A stretch of DNA of 64,000 bases, from assembly GCA_964624455.1 (NCBI GenBank), contig CAZUXD010000007.1, forward strand, positions 5,126 through 69,125, read 5' to 3'. The notes below the pieces were generated by a model. That model was not told the origin of the DNA and made no database searches. It saw only the letters and a list, made by a program, of their open reading frames with translations. Positions 11,942-20,466 of this stretch are shown piece by piece; the stretch's first letter is position 1, and every line of letters starts with the position of its first letter. Both the position numbers and the translations under genes were made by a program. Source of the stretch: an uncultured Actinomycetes bacterium. Its GTDB lineage: Bacteria; Actinomycetota; Actinomycetes; Mycobacteriales; Nakamurellaceae.

Positions 11942-12736
11942 TCAGTTTGCCGCGCCGAGTTGCTCGGCGAGCGCCGCCTCCTGTTTCGGAGTCTGCGGTG
12001 CGACGAAGATCTGCAGTTGGGTCGTCAACACCCACTGCTTCGTCGTCGGAGCGGCTTGCGCGGCGTCGCCGCCGTCCGACACCGGAGCCGGGGTGAACGC
12101 GGCCGAGACCACCAGCGCGCGGCGCGGACCCGCCTTTTCGAGCAGCGAGAGGAAGTCCCGCTGCTCGTCCATGGACCCGTCGGTGACGAGCGCGACGGCG
12201 ATCGAGTACAACTGTCCGGCCGGGCCCTGCGTGCCTTTCGACGTGGATCCCTTGCCCGAGGCGTCGGCGTCGGTCTTGGCGGCGCGGTCGGCGGCATCGC
12301 CCGCCACCGACTCCGCCTTCTCGACCGGGTTGTTCCCGGCCTTGGCGTCGGACGCGCTCGGACTCTTGCCCTTCGGCGCGGCGATCTTGGTGGGCGCGCC
12401 CGGCGTGATGCTGGCCACCGTCACGTGCGCGGCCTTCGCGTGCTCGGCCACCTGGTCGGTGAACGAGTCGAGGTCGTGCTGCACGGGCAGGCCCGCCTGC
12501 AGCACGTCCACTTGCTGCCGCAACTCGCCGGCATGCGCCCGCTCGGCGCGCAACTGGCTGATCTTGTTGTGCAACAGCAGGTTCTGCATCTGGGTATCGG
12601 CCACCTGCTGCTCCGTCGCGGCCTTGCTGTCGAGCTGCGGGGAGAGGAAGAACAGCCATGCGACGGCCGCCAGCGCGACCGCGACGACGACCCCGCCGGC
12701 GATCCACACCCGGTCCATGCGGCGCGCGACCATCAC
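11942..12736 (-). CDS. pilO: PilO-like type IV pilus assembly protein
   Basis: 264 aa with a single N-terminal TM (VWIAGGVVVAVALAAVAWLFF), then a coiled-coil region (…QMQNLLLHNKISQLRAERAHAGELRQQVDVLQ…) and a low-complexity insert. Position is after pilM/pilN. ATGA overlap with pilN. Confidence 0.65.
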   Translation of the reverse strand: MMVARRMDRVWIAGGVVVAVALAAVAWLFFLSPQLDSKAATEQQVADTQMQNLLLHNKISQLRAERAHAGELRQQVDVLQAGLPVQHDLDSFTDQVAEHAKAAHVTVASITPGAPTKIAAPKGKSPSASDAKAGNNPVEKAESVAGDAADRAAKTDADASGKGSTSKGTQGPAGQLYSIAVALVTDGSMDEQRDFLSLLEKAGPRRALVVSAAFTPAPVSDGGDAAQAAPTTKQWVLTTQLQIFVAPQTPKQEAALAEQLGAAN

Positions 12737-13437
12737 TTGCCTCCGGCGGCGTCGAACCGATGCGAGAGCCGGGCGTCGGTCAGGGTGAGCTGCAGGTTGT
12801 ACAGCGTTCCGGTGGCAACCTTCTCGTTGGACGCCGGGAACGGGTCGAAGACGCCGGGGATCGCGGCGAGCTTGGCGATGAAGGCGGGCACGTCCGAGAT
12901 CTTGCTACCGGTGCCGGCCAGCGTGACGCTCCCGATATGGGTTGCGCCCGAAGCATCGAGCACGCCGGCGCCGGCCGCCGGTCGCGCGTTGGCGCCGGCA
13001 ACGGTAGAGGGGATCGTCACGTCCATCTCCTCGATCGTCATGCCGTCCGGAAGTGCCTGCCAGATCTCGCCCAACAGCGCGTCCACGTCGACGTCCGCGG
13101 CCATCAGGGTCGCGGTCTGCCCGCGCACCTCGTCGATGGCCCTTTGCAGCGCGGTGATGTCGGAGTAGGTGCGCTGTTCCTTCAGCAGCGCTTCGGTGGT
13201 GATCTGTTCGGTGGCGAGGTCCTGCGCGGCGAGCTTCGCCAGGCTCTTGGTGTAGACGTAACCGCCGGCGCCGGCCGCGGCGACGAGCAGCAGCGCGAGC
13301 AGCACGACGAACCGGACCACCTTGAGCCGCCGGGATGCGATCAACTCGGGCGGGGTGAGGTCCGCGACGATGTGCCAGCCCGGCATGTCGGTGCTCGTGG
13401 GGGCGGCGGACGGGGCAGCCTCGACCGCGGTCACCAC
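12733..13437 (-). CDS. pilN: PilN-like fimbrial assembly protein
   Basis: 234 aa: …LTPPELIASRRLKVVRFVVLLALLLVAAAGAGGY…, i.e. a TM after a basic stretch followed by a periplasmic-type domain. Located directly downstream of pilM. Confidence 0.65.
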   Translation of the reverse strand: MVTAVEAAPSAAPTSTDMPGWHIVADLTPPELIASRRLKVVRFVVLLALLLVAAAGAGGYVYTKSLAKLAAQDLATEQITTEALLKEQRTYSDITALQRAIDEVRGQTATLMAADVDVDALLGEIWQALPDGMTIEEMDVTIPSTVAGANARPAAGAGVLDASGATHIGSVTLAGTGSKISDVPAFIAKLAAIPGVFDPFPASNEKVATGTLYNLQLTLTDARLSHRFDAAGGK

Positions 13438-13450
13438 GTCACACCTGCGT

Positions 13451-14512
13451 TCATGCCGCCACCCCCAGGGCCAGGCCCACCGCGACGGCGGAGGACTCGG
13501 TCGATTGCCGTGCGGATGGCGTCGAGTCGGTGATGTGCCGCATCGGGGTCGCGAGCGTCACCGGCGTGCCCATCTCTTCCGCTATGTGGTCGACGAGGCC
13601 GGGCAACAGGGCTCCGCCGCCCGTCAGCGAGATCCGCTCGACGCTGACCCGATGTTGGGTGGCGAAGAAGTGGATTGATCCTCGGATCTCGGTGATCAGC
13701 GGCCGGACCGCCTCGCGCAGCGCCCGGGCGGCCTGGCTCTCGCCGTCCAGGCCGATCGTCCGCTTGGCGGATTCGGCCTCCTCCTCGGAGAGGTTCGCCT
13801 GGTCGGCGAGCCTGCTGGTCCACTCGGCGCCGCCGCGCAGCACCACCCGGACGACCTGGGCGATGCCGTTGGTGTGCACCACGATCGTGGACAGGTGCGC
13901 CCCGATGTCGACCAGCGCCTCGATGACGGCGCCGCCCGATCCGATGGACCGCAGCAGGCCGAAGGGTGCGAGGTCGACCCGCGCCACCTTCAGCTTCGCC
14001 TTCTCCACCGCGCGCACCGCGGTCAGCACCGGCCCGCGCGGAATCCCGGTCAACAGGCCGGTGATGGTGCTGCCCCCCGCGTCGGAATCCTCGATGCGCG
14101 AGAAGTCGAGCAGCGCCTGGTCCAGCGGCAGCGCGATCACCTCCCGCGCCTTGAACGGCAGGGTCTGCCGCAGTTGCGCATCGGACAGGTTCGGCAGCTT
14201 GAGGTCTCGCACCACCACTTGCTGGCTGGTCACCCCGAGCACCACGCGCCGCGATTTGATCTTGTTCTCGGCCCACAGCTTCTTCAGGGCGGCGGTGACG
14301 GTGCCGGGATTGACCACGGCACCGTTCACCACCGCACCATCTGGGAGAGGCACAGCGCCCAGGCTGTGCACGCTCACTGTCGGCCGACCCGCCACGACCT
14401 TCGGAATGAGCACCGCAGCACGCACCGCCGTCGCACCGAGATCGACGCCGACGACGCGGCCGCCGGAATTGGTGACGCTCAGCTTGTTCGCGGAGCGTGC
14501 GCGGTTGGTCAT
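13451..14512 (-). CDS. pilM: Type IV pilus assembly protein PilM (actin-like ATPase fold)
   Basis: 353 aa: …VVGVDLGATAVRAAVL…VVVRDLKLP…VDIGAHLSTIVV…LTGGGALLPGL…, a typical PilM/FtsA-like pattern. Confidence 0.85.
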   Translation of the reverse strand: MTNRARSANKLSVTNSGGRVVGVDLGATAVRAAVLIPKVVAGRPTVSVHSLGAVPLPDGAVVNGAVVNPGTVTAALKKLWAENKIKSRRVVLGVTSQQVVVRDLKLPNLSDAQLRQTLPFKAREVIALPLDQALLDFSRIEDSDAGGSTITGLLTGIPRGPVLTAVRAVEKAKLKVARVDLAPFGLLRSIGSGGAVIEALVDIGAHLSTIVVHTNGIAQVVRVVLRGGAEWTSRLADQANLSEEEAESAKRTIGLDGESQAARALREAVRPLITEIRGSIHFFATQHRVSVERISLTGGGALLPGLVDHIAEEMGTPVTLATPMRHITDSTPSARQSTESSAVAVGLALGVAA

Positions 14513-14555
14513 GGAAGGTCCTTGGGTTGGTCAGAACTGGACGTCGGACGTCAAA

Positions 14556-15011
14556 TCACGTGGTTGGCGGTGCCGCGGTACCTCCACCGACGGAACCGCC
14601 AGCAGAAGTGTCGAAGGTGAATGCGTTGCCCGAAGTGTGCTTTCCGTTGGGGTTGTACCCCGTGATCGTCACACCGTCCCCGCCGCTGTTTGCCTCAATT
14701 GTCATGACGGTCCCGGCAGAAAGCAGCACCGGATTGTCGGCACAAAGGTCGAAAGAGCCGGGGCCGGTGGATGTTGCGAGGCTTTCCCACGTGTGAGTAT
14801 CGGTGTAGCATTCCTGCACAACCACCGCCGCATTCCGAACATCGGCCTGCGTGGCCTTGTCCACCGCGTTCTTCTGGTAGTTCAAGTACAGCGGAATCGC
14901 GATGGCGATCAGGATGCCGATGATCACCACGACCACCAGCAACTCGATCAGGGTAAACCCCTTGTCCTCTCGAGCCCGGCGGGCCCGAATCGACTCGTAC
15001 CGTGACAACAT
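14556..15011 (-). CDS. pilA: Major type IV pilin
   Basis: 151 aa from ATG 15011: MLSRYESIRARRAREDKG|FTLIELLVVVVIIGILIAIAIPLYLNYQ. Canonical G/FTLIE cleavage-methylation motif. GGGAGG RBS upstream. A Cys pair lies in the C-terminal half. Confidence 0.9.
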   Translation of the reverse strand: MLSRYESIRARRAREDKGFTLIELLVVVVIIGILIAIAIPLYLNYQKNAVDKATQADVRNAAVVVQECYTDTHTWESLATSTGPGSFDLCADNPVLLSAGTVMTIEANSGGDGVTITGYNPNGKHTSGNAFTFDTSAGGSVGGGTAAPPTT

Positions 15012-15074
15012 GTGAGCCTCCCAGCTCCTTTTCCAGTGCGCCTGCCGGATGCAGGACGCCACGGGTATTGCGGT

Positions 15075-16301
15075 CTATTGCGCGATGCTCTGGTAGATGG
15101 TGAACATCGGCAGATAGAGCGAGATCACCATGGAGCCGATGACGGCGCCCAATACGACCACCATCAGCGGTTCGATCGCGGACGCGAGCGCCTCGGTCGC
15201 CGTTTTGACCTCATGGTCGTAGTAATCGGCAGTCTTATCGAGCATTTCAGTGATTTGGCCGGTCTCTTCTCCGACCTCGACCATCTGCACCACCATCGGC
15301 GGGAAGACCGGGTGCTCGGACATCGGCTCGGACATGCTCCGCCCGCCGCGGACGGCCGCGCGCACGTCGGCCATGGCGCTTCCGATCACGGCGTTGCCCG
15401 CGGTGCCGCCGACGACCTCCAGGGCCTGCAGCGCCGGCACCCCGACCTGCAGCAGCGTGCCGAGGTTTCGCGCCCAGCGGGCGAGCGCGATCTTGGTGAA
15501 GAGGGTGCCGAACACCGGAAGCTTCAGCTTGAGCCGGTCGACCTTCAGTTGGAAGGCCTCGTTGGCGCGGTATGCCTTGCGGTATGCGGTGACCGAGGCG
15601 ATCAGTACGACGAGGAACGCCGGGACCCACCACCACGCGTTGTGCGACAGCGCGATCAGGATCTTGGTCGGCAGCGGCAACGTACCGCCCAGATCGGTGA
15701 ACATCTTCTCGAACACCGGCACGATGAAGACGATGACGCCGATCCCCAGGATCAGCGAGAAGCACAGCACGATGACGGGGTACGTCATGGCGCCCTTGAT
15801 CTTGGCGCGGAGCTCCGCGTCCGCCTCGTACATGGTGGCGATCCGGCCGAGCGCCTCGTCCAGGAAACCGCCGGTCTCGCCGGCCCGCACCATGTTGACC
15901 ATGAGGGTGGGGAAGTGGTCGGGATGCTCGGCCATCGCCGTGGAGAGCGGCGAGCCGTGCTGCACGTCGGCCTTGATGCGGCGGACCGCCGACTTCAGCC
16001 CCGGCTTGGTGATCTGCTGCTCCAGGATCGTCAGGGCCCGCAGCAGGCTCAGGCCCGACGACGTCATGGACGCGAACTGCCGGGTGAACAGGGCCAGGTC
16101 CTTGGGCTTGGTGCGCTGCCGAAGGCCCGGAATGTTGATCTCGCGCTGCAGGCCGTGGCCCGCGGCGGCGATCGACGTCGGGGTGAGCTTGCGGACCGTC
16201 AGGGTCTGCGCGGCAGACTCGGCGCTGTCGGACTCGATGGTCCCCTTGACGAGCTTCCCGGAGGAATCCAGCGCCTCGTAGGCGAAGGCGGTCGCAGCCA
16301 T
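15075..16301 (-). CDS. pilC: Type IV pilus platform protein (GspF/PilC family)
   Basis: 408 aa with two GspF-type repeats (…LSLLRALTILEQQ… / …VPALQALEVVGG…) and three TM segments. Confidence 0.9.
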   Translation of the reverse strand: MAATAFAYEALDSSGKLVKGTIESDSAESAAQTLTVRKLTPTSIAAAGHGLQREINIPGLRQRTKPKDLALFTRQFASMTSSGLSLLRALTILEQQITKPGLKSAVRRIKADVQHGSPLSTAMAEHPDHFPTLMVNMVRAGETGGFLDEALGRIATMYEADAELRAKIKGAMTYPVIVLCFSLILGIGVIVFIVPVFEKMFTDLGGTLPLPTKILIALSHNAWWWVPAFLVVLIASVTAYRKAYRANEAFQLKVDRLKLKLPVFGTLFTKIALARWARNLGTLLQVGVPALQALEVVGGTAGNAVIGSAMADVRAAVRGGRSMSEPMSEHPVFPPMVVQMVEVGEETGQITEMLDKTADYYDHEVKTATEALASAIEPLMVVVLGAVIGSMVISLYLPMFTIYQSIAQ

Positions 16302-16377
16302 GCCGGATTCATCGGCAGGTCAGCAAGGAACTTGAACGATCCGTCCACGGCTCCGGCCGGCCGATGGCGACGGCCGC

Positions 16378-18045
16378 TCAGACCGTGACCCGCAGCACCT
16401 CTTCCAGCGTCGTCAGGCCCTGCTTGGCCTTGTCCAGGCCGTCCTCCCGGAGTGGGATCATCCCTTCGGCGCGCGCCGCCTTCGCGATGTCGCTGGCGGC
16501 CGCATCCGAGACGGTCAGCCGTTCGATCTCCTCCGAGACCGGCATCACCTCGTTCACCGCGAGCCGCCCGCGGTAACCCGTACCCGAGCAGGAGCGGCAG
16601 CCGACCGCGCGGAAGAGCTCGTCCGGACGGCCGAGCGTCTCCCACGGCCAGCCGGCCGCGGTGAGGTCCTCGCTCGCCGGCTGGTAGGACTCTTTGCACC
16701 AGTCGCACAGGCGCCGCACCAGCCGTTGCGCCAGCACCGCGTCGATCGACGAGCCCACCAGGAACTGTTCGATGCCCATCTCCACGAGCCTCGTCATCGC
16801 CGACGGCGCGTCGTTGGTGTGCAAGGTGGAAAGGACGAGGTGCCCGGTGAGCGCGGCCTCCACCGCGAGTTGCGCCGTGACCCGGTCGCGGATCTCGCCG
16901 ACCAGCACCACGTCCGGGTCGGAACGCAGGATCGCCGGCAGCACCGCGGCGAAGGTCAGGCCCGCCTTGGGGTTCACCTGGATCTGGTTGATGCCGTCGA
17001 TCCGGTACTCGACCGGGTCCTCGACCGTGATGACGTTGACTTCCGGCCGGGCGATCTCGGTCAGGGTGGCGTACAGCGTGGTGGACTTGCCCGACCCCGT
17101 GGGCCCCGTCACCAGCACCATGCCGTGCGGTTTGGTGAAGCTGGCCGAGAAGCGGCGGTAGGTCTCCTCCGCGAAGCCGAGCTTTCGCAGGTTCAGGTCG
17201 ATGCTTCCGGTGTCGAGGATCCGCAGCACGATCTTCTCGCCCCACACCGTCGGCAGCGTCGCCGTTCGCAGGTCCACGTGCCGGCCGCCCACCTCCATGG
17301 TGATGCGGCCGTTCTGCGGCACCCGGCGTTCGGTGATGTCGAGCCCGGACATGATCTTCAGCCGGGAGATCAGCGCCGCCTGGATCGGGCGCGGAACGGT
17401 GTCGGTGTGGTGCAGCACGCCGTCGATCCGCACCCGCACCCGCATGTCGTGCTCGCTGGGTTCGAGGTGGATGTCCGAGCCGCGGGAGGTGATGGCCCGC
17501 TCCAGCAGGTTGGACACGAAGCGGACCACGGGGGCGTCGTCGTCGACGTCGGCTAGGGCGTCGGACAGCGCGCTGTCGTCGACCATGCTGGCCGCGGCCT
17601 CGCCGAGGTCGGTGTTGCTTCTCGTGAAGCGATCGAGCAGCTTCGTCAGGTCGCCGCTCGAGAGCACGACCGGCCGGACCTGCAGCCCCGTCGCGGCGCG
17701 GATGTCGTCGATGGCGAGCACGTTGCCGGGGTCGTCCAGCGCGACGGTGACGGTGGAATCGGTGGCCGACACCGGAACCATCTGGTGCCGCCGAGCCAGC
17801 GCGAGCGGGACCAGCGACATGGCCTTCTGATCGATCGTCATCGAGCTCAGTTCGGCGACGTCGAGGCCGTAGGCGTAGGCGATGGCGGAGGCCAGTTCGA
17901 ACTCGGTGACGACCTGGTCGTCGACCAGCACGGTCCGCAGGGGGCGCCCGCTCCGCTCGGCGTTGGCGGCCGCGGCTTGCAGCGTGTGCTCGTCGACCCC
18001 GCGCGAGCGCAGCGTGTTGAACACCGTCTGGCTGGCAGGATCCAT
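16378..18045 (-). CDS. pilB: Type IV pilus assembly ATPase (GspE/PilB family)
   Basis: 555 aa. N-terminal GSPII_E_N-like domain, Walker A GPTGSGKSTT, Asp/His boxes, and a C-terminal tetracysteine (CDWC…CRSC). Confidence 0.9.
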   Translation of the reverse strand: MDPASQTVFNTLRSRGVDEHTLQAAAANAERSGRPLRTVLVDDQVVTEFELASAIAYAYGLDVAELSSMTIDQKAMSLVPLALARRHQMVPVSATDSTVTVALDDPGNVLAIDDIRAATGLQVRPVVLSSGDLTKLLDRFTRSNTDLGEAAASMVDDSALSDALADVDDDAPVVRFVSNLLERAITSRGSDIHLEPSEHDMRVRVRIDGVLHHTDTVPRPIQAALISRLKIMSGLDITERRVPQNGRITMEVGGRHVDLRTATLPTVWGEKIVLRILDTGSIDLNLRKLGFAEETYRRFSASFTKPHGMVLVTGPTGSGKSTTLYATLTEIARPEVNVITVEDPVEYRIDGINQIQVNPKAGLTFAAVLPAILRSDPDVVLVGEIRDRVTAQLAVEAALTGHLVLSTLHTNDAPSAMTRLVEMGIEQFLVGSSIDAVLAQRLVRRLCDWCKESYQPASEDLTAAGWPWETLGRPDELFRAVGCRSCSGTGYRGRLAVNEVMPVSEEIERLTVSDAAASDIAKAARAEGMIPLREDGLDKAKQGLTTLEEVLRVTV

Positions 18046-18269
18046 GGTGCTCCTCGGCTCAAGAATGGGTGGTCGGGCTGGGCGACGATGCGTCGCCGAG
18101 CGTATCCCCGCGGCGCCCCCCGATCGCCCATCCGTGGTCTTTTTCGGCGCGCGCGTTCAACTCTTGAGCGTTGCTGCCGTTTAGTACCGGTGACGAGACC
18201 GCCGGGGCTTGGTACCGGTGACGAAACCGCCGAGGCGGCGCGCCGAACGGGGCGCGCGCAGCGGGCGGT

Positions 18270-19610
18270 ATGGCGTGGGAGGGCGTCTGTGCGATGACGA
18301 TGCTGACCGACCATTCAGGTGCCGGAGGCACGATGGGCCGCCACGGCGCGCCGGACGGCGCTGCCGGCGCACCGGATGGCCTCGACGACGGTGCCCTGAA
18401 GGACGCCGCGGAAATCGGGCGGCCGGAAGACGGGCGCGCTGCTGTCGCGGCGCCCGGCGGGTTTCGCGGCACGGCGGCACCGGACGGAAACGGCGCGTCG
18501 GCCGGCGTTGCGGCGCACAACGGGGCAGAGGCGCACACCGGGGCAGACACGGCGGAGATCGACCGCCTGCTGGTGACGATGGTCAACGACGGTGGGTCCG
18601 ATCTGCACGTCACCTCGGGGATCGCGCCCTGCATCCGGATCGACGGCGTGTTGCGCCCTCTAGCGGAGGCGTCCGTGCTGTCCTCGGCCGACACGGAACG
18701 GATGGTGCGCTCGTTCCTGACGGATGCCGAATGGGCGCGGTTCGTGCGGGACAACGAGCTCGATATCGCCTACGCCATCGCGGGTGTCAGCCGTTTCCGG
18801 GTGAACATCTACCGGCAGCGGGGCTCGGTCGGGGCCGCGTTCCGGGGCATCCCGCACCACATTCGAAGCCTCGCCGACCTCGGCATGCCCGGCTCGGTGG
18901 AACAGTTCGCCGCGCTGCCGCGCGGCCTGGTGCTGGTGACGGGACCGACGGGCTCCGGAAAGTCCACCACCCTGGCAAGCCTGCTGGACGTGGCGAACAA
19001 GACCCGCTTCGGGCACATCGTCACCATCGAGGACCCGATCGAATACCTGCACCGGCATGGCACCTGCGTGGTCAACCAGCGCGAGGTCGGCAGCGACACC
19101 GCGGATTTCGCCGTCGCGCTCAAGCATGCCCTGCGCCAGGACCCCGACATCATCCTGGTCGGGGAGTTGCGGGATCTGGAGACCACGTCGGTTGCGATCA
19201 CCGCGGCCGAGACCGGGCATCTCGTGCTCGCGACGCTGCACACCAAGTCGGCCGCCCAGACCATCGATCGGTTGATCGACATCTACCCGCACGCCCAGCA
19301 GCAGCAGATCCGGGCCCAGTTGGCCAACGCGCTGGAGGGCGTCGTGACGCAGGCCCTGCTGCCGCGCCGCGAGGGCGGCCGGGTGGTGGTGTGCGAGGTG
19401 ATGGTGTCGACCTCCGCGATCCGCTCGCTGATCCGTGAGGACAAGGTCCACCTCATCCCGAGCTACATCCAGTCCGGCGGTGACGTCGGCATGGTCAGCT
19501 TCGATCAGCATCTGGCGCATCGTTACCGCGACGGTCTGGTCAGCAAGACGGTCGCGATGGATGTCGCGCAGGACCAGGGCGAGTTCCAGCGGCTGGCGGG
19601 CCTGATATAG
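18270..19610 (+). CDS. pilT: Twitching-motility retraction ATPase PilT-like, with N-terminal low-complexity extension
   Basis: The PilT core starts at …EIDRLLVTMVNDGGSDLHVTSG…. Walker A GPTGSGKSTT, plus …LRQDPDIILVGELRD…TGHLVLATLHT…. The start is ambiguous (ATG 18270/18294/18300/18333); every option leaves a >=75-aa Gly/Ala/Pro/Asp-rich extension. Confidence 0.85.
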   Translation: MAWEGVCAMTMLTDHSGAGGTMGRHGAPDGAAGAPDGLDDGALKDAAEIGRPEDGRAAVAAPGGFRGTAAPDGNGASAGVAAHNGAEAHTGADTAEIDRLLVTMVNDGGSDLHVTSGIAPCIRIDGVLRPLAEASVLSSADTERMVRSFLTDAEWARFVRDNELDIAYAIAGVSRFRVNIYRQRGSVGAAFRGIPHHIRSLADLGMPGSVEQFAALPRGLVLVTGPTGSGKSTTLASLLDVANKTRFGHIVTIEDPIEYLHRHGTCVVNQREVGSDTADFAVALKHALRQDPDIILVGELRDLETTSVAITAAETGHLVLATLHTKSAAQTIDRLIDIYPHAQQQQIRAQLANALEGVVTQALLPRREGGRVVVCEVMVSTSAIRSLIREDKVHLIPSYIQSGGDVGMVSFDQHLAHRYRDGLVSKTVAMDVAQDQGEFQRLAGLI

Positions 19611-19622
19611 GTCGCGTGGAGC

Positions 19623-19733
19623 GGATCGTTTGGATCGTTTGGATCGCTTGGATCGTTTGGATCGTTTGGATCGCTGACCGCTTGGACGGTTGGACCGCTT
19701 GGACCGTTCGGACCGTTTAGACCGCTTAGACCT
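19623..19733. repeat. 9-bp satellite, ~12 units (GGATCGTTT drifting to GGACCGYTT / AGACCGCTT)
   Basis: Begins 13 nt after the pilT stop. Read directly: ggatcgttt ggatcgttt ggatcgctt ggatcgttt ggatcgttt ggatcgctg … ggaccgctt ggaccgttc ggaccgttt agaccgctt. Confidence 0.9.
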
Positions 19734-19884
19734 TAGGTTGCTGGAGCGCTGGATCGCCGCCGGGGAGGCGGAATTTCAAGCCGGTCTTCGCGACGGTTCG
19801 CGTCCAGAGCGGGTCCGGGTTCCGGACGGTGGTCGTAGTGGGCCCATCCGGAGGCCTGCTACACGATGTTGGGCCTTGCATCGC

Positions 19885-20466
19885 GTCGCACGTGCTTCGA
19901 CATTTCGGACATGCGTGCCGTTCGGCATTCGGGATCCAGGTGTCGCCTTGGCCATGACGTCGCACGTGCTTCGACATTTCGGACATTCCTGTGCCGTATG
20001 GCGCCTTGCAAGTCCATTCATCCGAATGCCGCAGTCGTGGCCGCTGGAGTTTTCACGACGAATGTAGATACTGCTGTCGCTTCGGCTTGACGCGGCATGA
20101 AGTTGCCAACTGGCCCAGGCAAATATGACGCATAGTCGCCGTGTGGTTCGACGGTGGCCCGGGAGTCGCGGCGCGGGAGCCAAGATCGGGTCGCGTCGCA
20201 CGTGCTTCGACATTTCGGACATTGCGCCGTGACGTGATGTCCCAGTCGGCGCGGCGTGCTCCTACGCAGGGTCCCGCCCTGGGGCGGCTCTGGGCGGTAA
20301 CCGAAAGCGGACGCAGCCGGCGGCGCCGACATGGTGAGTCCAGTGCCGCACGGTGAGTCAGTGCGCGCTGCACGTGCTTCGACATTTCGGACATACAGCG
20401 GCTCGGTCAGCGGGCAAGGGGCCGTCGACTTGCGTTCGCGCCGCACGTGCTTCGACATTTCGGACA
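19885..20466 (+). repeat. Five dispersed direct copies of a 24-28-nt element (core CACGTGCTTCGACATTTCGGACA)
   Basis: Core starts at 19889, 19963, 20199, 20371 and 20444, all in the same orientation, with spacings of 74/236/172/73 nt. Copies 1-3 extend to GTCGCACGTGCTTCGACATTTCGGACAT. The copies fall in different reading frames relative to each other. Confidence 0.9.

Noticed and set aside
11931-12707. N-terminal 259-codon extension of the giant pilin ORF (1258 aa version).
   Set aside because: It overlaps almost the whole pilO gene in another frame and encodes Arg/Gly-rich sequence. The prepilin motif needs to be near the N-terminus, which ATG 11930 provides.
6617-19610. Interpreting the pilus locus as a Tad/Flp or a competence (ComG) pseudopilus system.
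   Set aside because: PilM/PilN/PilO, a PilC-type platform with two GspF repeats, a ~150-aa G|FTLIE pilin and a separate PilT retraction ATPase all fit a T4a-like system. No TadZ/RcpC/Flp-type or comEA/comEC genes were seen.
19885-20466. CRISPR array interpretation of the five identical 24-28-nt repeats.
   Set aside because: The spacings are 74, 236, 172 and 73 nt, far from the regular 30-40-nt spacers of CRISPR. No cas genes and no leader-like organisation are present in the window.
19885-20466. LexA box or RecA-independent (PafBC-type, TGTCRgtg-N8-TAnnnT) damage promoter within the repeat.
   Set aside because: TTCGACATTTCGGAC does not align to TCGAAC-N4-GTTCGA; only 6-7 of 12 specified positions match. 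On the reverse strand, TGTCGAAG is not followed by a TAnnnT hexamer at the required 8-nt distance.
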